Shown here piece by piece: positions 16,936-23,741 of a DNA stretch of 23,741 nucleotides. Source of the stretch: Elusimicrobiota bacterium. Its GTDB lineage: Bacteria; Elusimicrobiota; Endomicrobiia; CG1-02-37-114; JAHJSO01. The stretch covers positions 1 through 23,741 of the forward strand of contig JBDRQF010000055.1 of the NCBI GenBank assembly GCA_043826435.1. Reading direction: 5' to 3'. A program made the position numbers and the translations under genes. Below the pieces are notes generated by a model, which saw nothing but the letters and a program-made list of their open reading frames with translations, was not told the origin of the DNA and ran no database searches. The stretch's first letter is position 1; each line of letters begins with the position of its first letter.

Positions 16936-18699
16936 TTATTTCCTCAGGAACTTCTTTTCAAGTTCGCCCAGCGTAATCCTTATTATCGTGGGCCTGCCGT
17001 GCGGGCAGCAGAGCGGCTGGCCGCAATTCTGCAAATCAGACACAAGTTTGATAATTTCATCGTTTGAAAGTTTCTGGTGCGCCTTTATTGCGGACGTGCA
17101 TGCCGCCCTTATAATTTTTTCTTTTGGTTTGAGTGATTTAAATTCAGGCCTTGCGAAGTCGCCTATCAGGTTTGCAACGAAGTTTTTGAAAAAATCATGC
17201 AGGTGCCTGATGCCCCCGAACACAGCCGGGACCGACTTAAAGATGTATGTGTTCGTGCCGAATTCGGATATGTCAAAACCCAATTCGTTCAATTCAGAAA
17301 GGTTGTCCTTTAATGAGGCGCTCTCATGAGGCACAAGTTCCATTGTAAAAGGTATAAGAAGTTCTTGCACGGGCATTCTTTTTTCAACCAGCTCGCAGGC
17401 GAGAAATTTTTCATACAGCACCCGCTCGTTTGCGGCATGCTGGTCAACTATGAGCAGCCCTTCGGGGTTTCCGAGCAGGAGGTATGTGTTCATCAACTGC
17501 CCTATTACGTTCATGTTGCCAACGGGAAGAGGCAACTCCTGTGTTACACCGGTCGGGGCGGGTGCGCTGCCCGGAGAGGCCACGCCGGTCACTCCGGGCG
17601 GGGTGGTTACGCCGGTTGGGGCGTCCGGTGAATCGCGCAGGAGCATATTGCCGTCGCTGCCTGTATCTGAGATTTTTATATGGGATACAGGCATTGCAGG
17701 TGACTTCTGCTTAGAAATCCCTTCCTTTATTGTCTGCATCAGAGCATCATGTATTTCCCGCTCGTTTGAAAATTTTACCAGTTTTTTCGTCGGGTGAACA
17801 TTTATGTCAATATACTGCGGGTTTAATTCAACCATGATAACGGCCATCGGGTGCCTACCTATCGGCAGGGACTCCCTGAAAGCGTCGTACACAGCCTGCG
17901 TCAGCATCCGGTTTGACACTGGCCTGTTGTTCACGAAAAAATATTGCAGGTTTTTCGTCGGCTGGCTGTTTTCAACCCTGGATACGAACCCGGTTATCCT
18001 GGTATATCTGTATTCGGACTCAATGTAGAATATTTCACCGTAAATTTTTTCTCCGAGGATATCAATAAGACGTTCTTCCGGTTTTGTCGTCGGCGGGCCG
18101 TTGAAAACGATCCTCTTGTCGCTTATCACCGAAAAACCCGTGTTACAGTGTGAGAGGGCAAGTTCTTCAAGCGTCCTGATTATGCGTGATTGTTCCGTCT
18201 GGTCGGACTTAAGAAACTTTTTCCGCGCCGGCGTGTTAAAAAACAATTCCTTCACTTCCACCCGCGTGCCGGCAGGCGAGGCGCACTGCTGGTTTTTTGT
18301 AAGTTTCCCGCCTTCAACCTGTATTTCCCAGCCGTTTACCGTGACGGGGGTTTGCGGTCGTGAAACAATGCGCATCCTTGAGACGCTTGCGATTGAAGAC
18401 AGGGCTTCACCCCTGAAACCGAGCGTCGTAAGTCCTGCCAAATCCGAAAAATCTTTTATCTTGCTCGTGGAGTGCCTCTCAATTGACAGGGCTAATTCCT
18501 CCGGGGCCATCCCTGTGCCGTCATCCTGCACGGATACGTTATTTTTCCCGCCGGAGTCAAACTCAACGTTTATTCTTCCGGCGGAGGCATCAAGCGAGTT
18601 CTCCACCAGTTCCTTTATTACGTTTGCAGGACGCTCTATCACTTCCCCGGCAGCAATCCTGTTCACCACGTCTTCCTGTAAGACATGAATTCTATTCAT
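16936..18699 (-). CDS. mutL: DNA mismatch repair protein MutL (endonuclease-type)
   Basis: IAAGEVIERP, KELVENSLDA, GFRGEAL, DINVHPTK; C-terminal DQHAANERVLYE, AC and CPHGRP; clamp motif QELLIP. Confidence 0.98.
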   Translation of the reverse strand: MNRIHVLQEDVVNRIAAGEVIERPANVIKELVENSLDASAGRINVEFDSGGKNNVSVQDDGTGMAPEELALSIERHSTSKIKDFSDLAGLTTLGFRGEALSSIASVSRMRIVSRPQTPVTVNGWEIQVEGGKLTKNQQCASPAGTRVEVKELFFNTPARKKFLKSDQTEQSRIIRTLEELALSHCNTGFSVISDKRIVFNGPPTTKPEERLIDILGEKIYGEIFYIESEYRYTRITGFVSRVENSQPTKNLQYFFVNNRPVSNRMLTQAVYDAFRESLPIGRHPMAVIMVELNPQYIDINVHPTKKLVKFSNEREIHDALMQTIKEGISKQKSPAMPVSHIKISDTGSDGNMLLRDSPDAPTGVTTPPGVTGVASPGSAPAPTGVTQELPLPVGNMNVIGQLMNTYLLLGNPEGLLIVDQHAANERVLYEKFLACELVEKRMPVQELLIPFTMELVPHESASLKDNLSELNELGFDISEFGTNTYIFKSVPAVFGGIRHLHDFFKNFVANLIGDFARPEFKSLKPKEKIIRAACTSAIKAHQKLSNDEIIKLVSDLQNCGQPLCCPHGRPTIIRITLGELEKKFLRK

Positions 18700-18743
18700 A
18701 CAGTTTGCAATTTTTTGGCCCCGGCGTCAGCCCCGGCGCAGGC

Positions 18744-19184
18744 CTATTTAAGTTTTACGTCCTTGCTGCACATCTGCCGGTAGTGACAATCTTTGAAACA
18801 TACGTCCGTTACGCCCATGGATAACTTTGTCTCGCAATCAATGTAGTCATCAGCCAGCTGCTTAATGTTGGTAAAATCGTCCTTTTCAATTTTTGTAAAA
18901 GCAATCCCGACCCGCCAGCTGTTCCCCTTTGTGAGAGTCCATAAAACCGTGCCCTCCACTCTTTTTACGTGGATGCCGGGGAGTTTTATTTCAGACGTAA
19001 TACTCGTTCCGACTTCAATGGGCACGAACGTCAGTATGCCTATCCCACCTGCGGATATGTCCAGCAAAACAGCGGGCACCGGCGTTGCGACTGCGGACGG
19101 TTCAAAATACAAATCAACCGGTTTTGCGATGTCCTTCAGTACTGGAAACCTGCGGAACTGTCTTCTGTCTTTTGGGTCTGTCAT
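18744..19184 (-). CDS. PilZ-domain (c-di-GMP-binding) protein with a C-terminal four-Cys motif
   Basis: RxxxR (RQFRR), DxSxxG (DISAGG), G-x-V-x-W and VGIAF strands; tail C-x11-C-x3-C-x5-C; ATGA overlap with the mutS stop. Confidence 0.88.
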   Translation of the reverse strand: MTDPKDRRQFRRFPVLKDIAKPVDLYFEPSAVATPVPAVLLDISAGGIGILTFVPIEVGTSITSEIKLPGIHVKRVEGTVLWTLTKGNSWRVGIAFTKIEKDDFTNIKQLADDYIDCETKLSMGVTDVCFKDCHYRQMCSKDVKLK

Positions 19185-22057
19185 TTCTCATACCTCTCTT
19201 TCCACCCGGAAATCAGTTTCAGCGCGTCAAGTGGAGTAATTTTATTTGTGTCAATCCTTGAGATTTCATCCAGCAGTTCTTCATACTGCGGGCCTGCGGG
19301 TCCACGGTTGTTGTGCGTCCCGGGACATTGTGCGTCCGCCGCGGTGTCTGAGGCTTTTGAGGCGACTGAGGCTTTTGAGGCGACTGCGGTTTTTGAGGCG
19401 ACTGCGGCTTTTGCGGCGCCTGCAGTACCGCCAGCGCCGAACAGGAAGGGCTGCATGGTTTCCGACCTATTTTCCAATTCCGAGAGAATTTTTTCCGCTT
19501 TCAGGATAACCTCCGGCGGCAGCCCTGCGAGTTTTGCGACGTGAATTCCGTACGACCTGTCTGAACAACCGGGGATAATCTTGTGCAGGAAAACGATTTC
19601 GTCCCTGTATTCCTTAACGCTCACGTTAAAGTTCTGGATGCCGTGGACGGTTTCAGCGAGTTCGGTCAATTCAAAATAGTGCGTGGCGAACAACACTTTC
19701 GGTTTTTTGCCGCCACTCCCTTTTGCATGAAGATATTCAACCGTAGCCCTTGCAATTGATATGCCGTCAAACGTGGAGGTGCCCCGGCCGACCTCGTCAA
19801 GTATTATTAGCGATCTTTCCGTGGCATTGTGGAGTATGTTCGCCGTTTCCCTCATTTCAACCATGAAGGTTGATTCGCCTGCCGAGAGGTTGTCGGCCGC
19901 CCCGATTCTCGTGAATATTCTGTCAACTATTCCTATCTCCGCTTCTTCAGCAGGGACGTAAGAACCGGACTGTGCCATTATCACTATGAGAGCCGCCTGC
20001 CTTATGTAGGTTGATTTGCCCGCCATGTTGGGGCCTGTAAGGATTATAATCTGGTTGTCCCCACCGTTCATGTCCGTGTCGTTGGGCACAAAAGATTTTC
20101 CTGCAAGTTTTTTTTCAATTACCGGGTGCCTGCCGTTTTTGATTTTTAGATGATAGCCGTCGGTTATGGATGGTTTGCAGTAGTCGTTTTCCCGGGCGAT
20201 CCGTGACATAGAGACGTACACGTCAAGTTCAGCCAGCGAGGACGAGACAAGGTGGATTTCTTCCGCCATAGATACAATTGCGTTTTTTATCTCCTGAAAA
20301 ATTTCTTTTTCAAGCCGCAGGGATTTTTCCTCGGCAGTCAGCACCTTTTGTTCATACTGTTTTAATTCCTCCGTGACGAACCTTTCTGAGTTTATCAGCG
20401 TCTGTTTCCTTATGTAGTCAGGAGGGACCCTGTCCATGTTCGGTTTTGTAACCTCTATGTAATAGCCGAATACCCCTGTGTAACCGATTTTCAGCGACTG
20501 GATTCCCGTTCTTTGTTTTTCCCTGTATTCAAGTTCACCCAGGTATTTCCTGCCGCTGGAAGCGAGTTCCCTGAGTTCGTCCAGTTCCTTTGAGTACCCG
20601 TTTTTCACAAAACGCCCCTTGCCGGTGTCGGCAGGAGGTGACTCAATAATGGCGGAAGAAATTTTCCGGATGACGTCGGGTAATTCCCGAAGGTCTTCAA
20701 TTATGCGTTTTATCCTGCCGGGTTTTTCGTCCCGGATGTTCAGGGTACTCGCTCCCTGAAGGAGGGCTTTTAACCCGGGGACGATTTCAAGCGTATTTTT
20801 GAGAGCCACTATGTCGCGAGGGTTACCCTGCGTTGAGGACATCCGTGAAAGGATCCTTTCAATGTCGCTCGCCTGTTTGAGGAGTTCGCTGCATTGCCGC
20901 CGGATAACGCCTTCGTCTATAAAAAATTCCACGGCTGACTGTCTTTGTTTTATTTTGTCCATGTTGGTCAGCGGCTGGGTAATGAACCTGCGGAGGAGTC
21001 GTGAGCCCACTGCGGTTGAGGTTTTGTCCAGGACCTCAAGGAGAGAGTTTTCCTTTGAGCGGGTGGCGGCACCCTCAAGTATTTCAAGGTTCTGCAGGAC
21101 GTTTTCATCAAAAAGGATGTATTCGTCCGTGGAATAGAACCGCGGTATTCTCACGGGGGACATTGCTGTCTTCTGCGTGTCCTCCAGGTATTTCAGTATG
21201 GCGGCCGTTGAACGGACGGAGAGTTCCCTGTCCTGCAGCCCGTATGACTTCAGGTTTCCAGTATTGAACATTTTTGTGATTTTTTCCAGCCCGGAGTGGT
21301 ACTCAAACGACCAGTCGTCCATAAAGTTTATTGACGGGTTGCCCGCTATGCGGCGGTGAAGGGCTGAATCCCTGAGCGAGGCGGGCAGCAGGTATTCTCT
21401 GGGATTGATTCTTGCAAGTTCACACAAAACAAGCGATAAGCCGGGTCCCCGCACCTCGGTCGTGTAGAGGTCACCCGTTGATATATCTATGTAGGAAATG
21501 CCGTATGCGGCTTTACTTTCCGATGTGTCCCTACAGCAGGCAATATGATTGTCATTGCGAGCGACCGAAGGGAGCGTGGCAATCCCCTGTGTGTCCCTAC
21601 AGCAGGCAATATGATTGTCATTGCGAGCGACCGAAGGGAGCGTGGCAATCCCCTGTGTGTCCCTACAGCAGATGGATAGGAGATAGTTGTTTGTCCTTTT
21701 ATCCAGCAGGTTTTCCTCTATTACCGTTCCCGGGGTGATGAGCCGCACAACTTCTCTTTTGACAATCCCCTTGGCAGAGAGCGGGTCTTCCATCTGTTCG
21801 CATATTGCGACCTTGTGTCCCCTGTTAATCAGTTTTGCGATATAGTTTGAGGCGGAGTGGTATGGCACTCCGCACATAGGGATATTCTGCCGTCGGGTAA
21901 GGACTATTTCAAGCAGGGGGCTCGCCTTGAGAGCGTCTTCCCCGAACATCTCGTAGAAATCCCCGAGACGGAAAAACACTATGGCGTCTGTATATTGTTG
22001 TTTTATGTTTTGATATTGGTGCATAAGCGGAGTGAGTGAGTGGATTGCGTGTTTCAT
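19181..22057 (-). CDS. mutS: DNA mismatch repair protein MutS1 with repeat-derived insertions
   Basis: GDFYEMF (Phe-X-Glu), VVRLITPGT, GPNMAGKST, ESTFMVEM, LDEVGRGTST, ATHYFEL, SYGIHVAKLAGLP. Confidence 0.98.
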   Translation of the reverse strand: MKHAIHSLTPLMHQYQNIKQQYTDAIVFFRLGDFYEMFGEDALKASPLLEIVLTRRQNIPMCGVPYHSASNYIAKLINRGHKVAICEQMEDPLSAKGIVKREVVRLITPGTVIEENLLDKRTNNYLLSICCRDTQGIATLPSVARNDNHIACCRDTQGIATLPSVARNDNHIACCRDTSESKAAYGISYIDISTGDLYTTEVRGPGLSLVLCELARINPREYLLPASLRDSALHRRIAGNPSINFMDDWSFEYHSGLEKITKMFNTGNLKSYGLQDRELSVRSTAAILKYLEDTQKTAMSPVRIPRFYSTDEYILFDENVLQNLEILEGAATRSKENSLLEVLDKTSTAVGSRLLRRFITQPLTNMDKIKQRQSAVEFFIDEGVIRRQCSELLKQASDIERILSRMSSTQGNPRDIVALKNTLEIVPGLKALLQGASTLNIRDEKPGRIKRIIEDLRELPDVIRKISSAIIESPPADTGKGRFVKNGYSKELDELRELASSGRKYLGELEYREKQRTGIQSLKIGYTGVFGYYIEVTKPNMDRVPPDYIRKQTLINSERFVTEELKQYEQKVLTAEEKSLRLEKEIFQEIKNAIVSMAEEIHLVSSSLAELDVYVSMSRIARENDYCKPSITDGYHLKIKNGRHPVIEKKLAGKSFVPNDTDMNGGDNQIIILTGPNMAGKSTYIRQAALIVIMAQSGSYVPAEEAEIGIVDRIFTRIGAADNLSAGESTFMVEMRETANILHNATERSLIILDEVGRGTSTFDGISIARATVEYLHAKGSGGKKPKVLFATHYFELTELAETVHGIQNFNVSVKEYRDEIVFLHKIIPGCSDRSYGIHVAKLAGLPPEVILKAEKILSELENRSETMQPFLFGAGGTAGAAKAAVASKTAVASKASVASKASDTAADAQCPGTHNNRGPAGPQYEELLDEISRIDTNKITPLDALKLISGWKERYEK
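19348..19419. repeat. In-frame tandem array, 4 x 18 bp, in the mutS 3' linker
   Basis: ctgaggcttttgaggcga units at 19348, 19366, 19384 and 19402, encoding the AAKAAVASKTAVASKASVASKAS stretch. Confidence 0.9.
21524..21671. repeat. In-frame 66-bp tandem repeat in mutS carrying a REP-like palindrome
   Basis: 16-bp tgtgtccctacagcag at 21524, 21590 and 21656, separated by two identical 50-bp units containing gtcattgcgagcgaccgaagggagcgtggcaatc. Confidence 0.93.
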
Positions 22058-22063
22058 TTTTTG

Positions 22064-22174
22064 TGACCTTTATTCAACGGCAAATGAGCGGTCAAAGAGT
22101 GTATCCTGCTACCTAATTACTTCTGACCTTTATTCAACGGCAAATGAGCGGTCAAAGAGTGTATCCTGCTACCT
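22064..22174. repeat. 51-bp direct repeat (period 60) duplicating the miaB 3' end
   Basis: 22064-22114 is identical to 22124-22174. Confidence 0.95.
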
Positions 22175-23598
22175 GTTATTTTAACATTTATTAAATTTCC
22201 AATCAAGTCCCCGGGAAATTTTTTTGTTTCTACAACCACCGTACGGTTGTCCCTTGTTTTGCCGACGATGGTCTTACCCTTCTGTGAGGCGGACACCGAC
22301 TCTGATGATGGCGCCGACTCCGGGGCAGTCGCTGTCTTTGACACGGTCACTGCCCCCGCCAGAATTTCTACGGTTTGTCCGATGAATTTTTTGTTTTTGT
22401 TAACCGACATTTCATTACACAATTCAAGAAGCAAAGCATGTCTTTTCTGTTTGATAATCACAGGCACATCGTCGTTGAGTTGGCTTGATGTGGCTTTGTG
22501 TCTTGGCGAGTACTTAAACACATAAGCGAAATCAAAATCAGCAGATTTCACAACATCTAATGTGCGGGAAAAGTCATCGTCCGTTTCGGACGGGAAACCA
22601 ACCAGAAGGTCTGTTGTAAGTCCCACATCGGGGATTTTTTTACGTATCTTATCAAGAAGTTGAAGGTAGTATTCTGCGGTGTATTTTCTGTTCATAAGGT
22701 TCAGGATGCGGTCGGAACCCGACTGCAGGGGCAGATGTATGTGTTCGCAAACCTTGTCCAGTGAAGCGATTGCGTCAATTATGTCGTCAGTAAAATCCTT
22801 CGGGTGGCTCGTGAGGAACCTTATGCGGAGCAGCCCTTTTATTGAGTTGACCTTATCAAGAAAGCGGGAGAAGTTGATGCCGGCTCCGGCGCCGCCGTCC
22901 GTATGAAGATATGAATTTACGTTCTGTCCGAGGAGGGTTACTTCTTTCACCCCGCGGGCTACAAGACACTCAATCTCTGAAATAATTTCCTGCACGGGAC
23001 GGTGCTTTTCAGAACCTCTTACATAAGGGACAATACAATAAGAGCAAAAATTATTGCACCCCCGCGTGATTGTTACAAAGGAAGAGACCACAGCGGACCC
23101 GGTTCCGACCGCCTGTGTTTGTCCCCCGGGTTCTGTAATCTCGGATGACTCTGCAATCCCAGGTGCCTGCGTAATTCCGGTCGCCCCTACATCCTCCGCC
23201 GCCCTCGCCGCCGAAATCCCTGTCCCCGCAATCCCCGCTGTTTCCAGAATTTCAGGGATGTGCTCAACGTCCTTTGCACCTATCACTATATCAACATGCG
23301 GGAACCTTTTTTTGATTTGGTCTTTCAGTCGCTCTGCGACGCAACCGGCTACAATCAGTATTTTCCTGCAACCCGGCGGGCTGTCTTTATCCTTCCATTT
23401 TTTTAACTGTCCGATTTCGGAAAGAGCCCTGTCCTCTGCGTGCTGGCGGACAGTGCAGGTGTTTATAATTACGATTTCCGCCTCGTCTAAATCGCCGGCC
23501 GGCAGACAACCTGCTTTCTGCAAACATTCGGCAAAAATCCCCGAGTCCGCCACATTCATCTGACAACCAAAAGTTTTCAAGAAAAATTTTATATTCAT
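22117..23598 (-). CDS. miaB: tRNA methylthiotransferase MiaB
   Basis: TFGCQMN, INTC, AGC, radical SAM CNNFCSYC, LLGQNVNSY, TSHP, HLPLQSGS, TRAM domain. Confidence 0.96.
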   Translation of the reverse strand: MNIKFFLKTFGCQMNVADSGIFAECLQKAGCLPAGDLDEAEIVIINTCTVRQHAEDRALSEIGQLKKWKDKDSPPGCRKILIVAGCVAERLKDQIKKRFPHVDIVIGAKDVEHIPEILETAGIAGTGISAARAAEDVGATGITQAPGIAESSEITEPGGQTQAVGTGSAVVSSFVTITRGCNNFCSYCIVPYVRGSEKHRPVQEIISEIECLVARGVKEVTLLGQNVNSYLHTDGGAGAGINFSRFLDKVNSIKGLLRIRFLTSHPKDFTDDIIDAIASLDKVCEHIHLPLQSGSDRILNLMNRKYTAEYYLQLLDKIRKKIPDVGLTTDLLVGFPSETDDDFSRTLDVVKSADFDFAYVFKYSPRHKATSSQLNDDVPVIIKQKRHALLLELCNEMSVNKNKKFIGQTVEILAGAVTVSKTATAPESAPSSESVSASQKGKTIVGKTRDNRTVVVETKKFPGDLIGNLINVKITGSRIHSLTAHLPLNKGQK

Positions 23599-23600
23599 TC

Positions 23601-23741
23601 CCCCAGTTCAATAAGGAAGCGCAACACTTAGGATAATTTAGTATGCTAAGTGTATGAGCACTAAACATTACAACCATCTCTCAAGCGAAGAGAGAGACTT
23701 AATTGCAGTACTTCGTGCCAACGGTAAAGGTATCAATGAAA
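23601..23741 (+). mobile_element. IS30-family insertion sequence, left end (partial)
   Basis: Putative 26-bp IRL ccccagTTCAATaaggaagCGCAACA (23601-23626), followed by a transposase start. TTCAAT and CGCAACA sit in the same register as in the E. coli IS30 end as I recall it. Confidence 0.75.
23654..23741 (+). CDS. IS30-family transposase, N-terminal HTH (partial)
   Basis: My translation MSTKHYNHLSSEERDLIAVLRANGKGINE matches the Y-x-HL-x3-ER-x2-I...G N-terminus of IS30 transposases. Confidence 0.8.
   Translation, partial: MSTKHYNHLSSEERDLIAVLRANGKGINE

Noticed and set aside
21524..21671. CRISPR array (three repeats with spacers)
   Set aside because: Repeats are only 16 bp, the spacers are identical, the unit is in frame inside mutS, and no cas genes are present
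16936..22057. mutS/mutL pseudogenisation explaining the repeats
   Set aside because: Both ORFs are intact with the catalytic motifs I could check, the insertions are in frame, and mismatch repair mainly corrects loops of a few nt rather than 18-66 bp
338..23563. Plus-strand ORFs in the supplied track
   Set aside because: Antisense shadows of well-supported minus-strand genes, tRNAs or repeats, with no recognisable motifs
23387..23677. 96-aa minus-strand ORF
   Set aside because: Overlaps miaB out of frame and crosses the IS end; no motif

Overview
Bacterial chromosomal segment. The phylum is uncertain; gene style suggests Elusimicrobiota, which is inference only. Every recognisable host gene is on the minus strand. 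In transcription order: miaB, mutS, a PilZ protein with a four-Cys tail, mutL, miaA, hflX, pgsA-like, plsY, gpsA, HU/IHF, MerR, tRNA-Pro(GGG), VIT1/CCC1, pcm, small multidrug export protein, tRNA-Pro(CGG), YjbH-like barrel, acylphosphatase, a sigma70 factor lacking region 1.1, apt, tRNA-Arg(CCT), TPR protein, two outer-membrane beta-barrels, GH57, aroD, yjbQ and a partial ribbon-helix-helix gene. The left end of an IS30-family element occupies the right edge, apparently 2 bp upstream of the miaB start. Most notable: (1) a c-di-GMP receptor with a four-Cys tail translationally coupled to mutS, between mutS and mutL; (2) a REP-like palindrome inserted in frame in mutS as a 66-bp tandem with 16-bp flanking repeats; (3) many local tandem duplications at gene 3' ends and in protein linkers, mostly in multiples of 3 bp, including one that uncoupled miaB from mutS; (4) a 47-bp hairpin element bounded by a duplicated tRNA-Pro 3' end.
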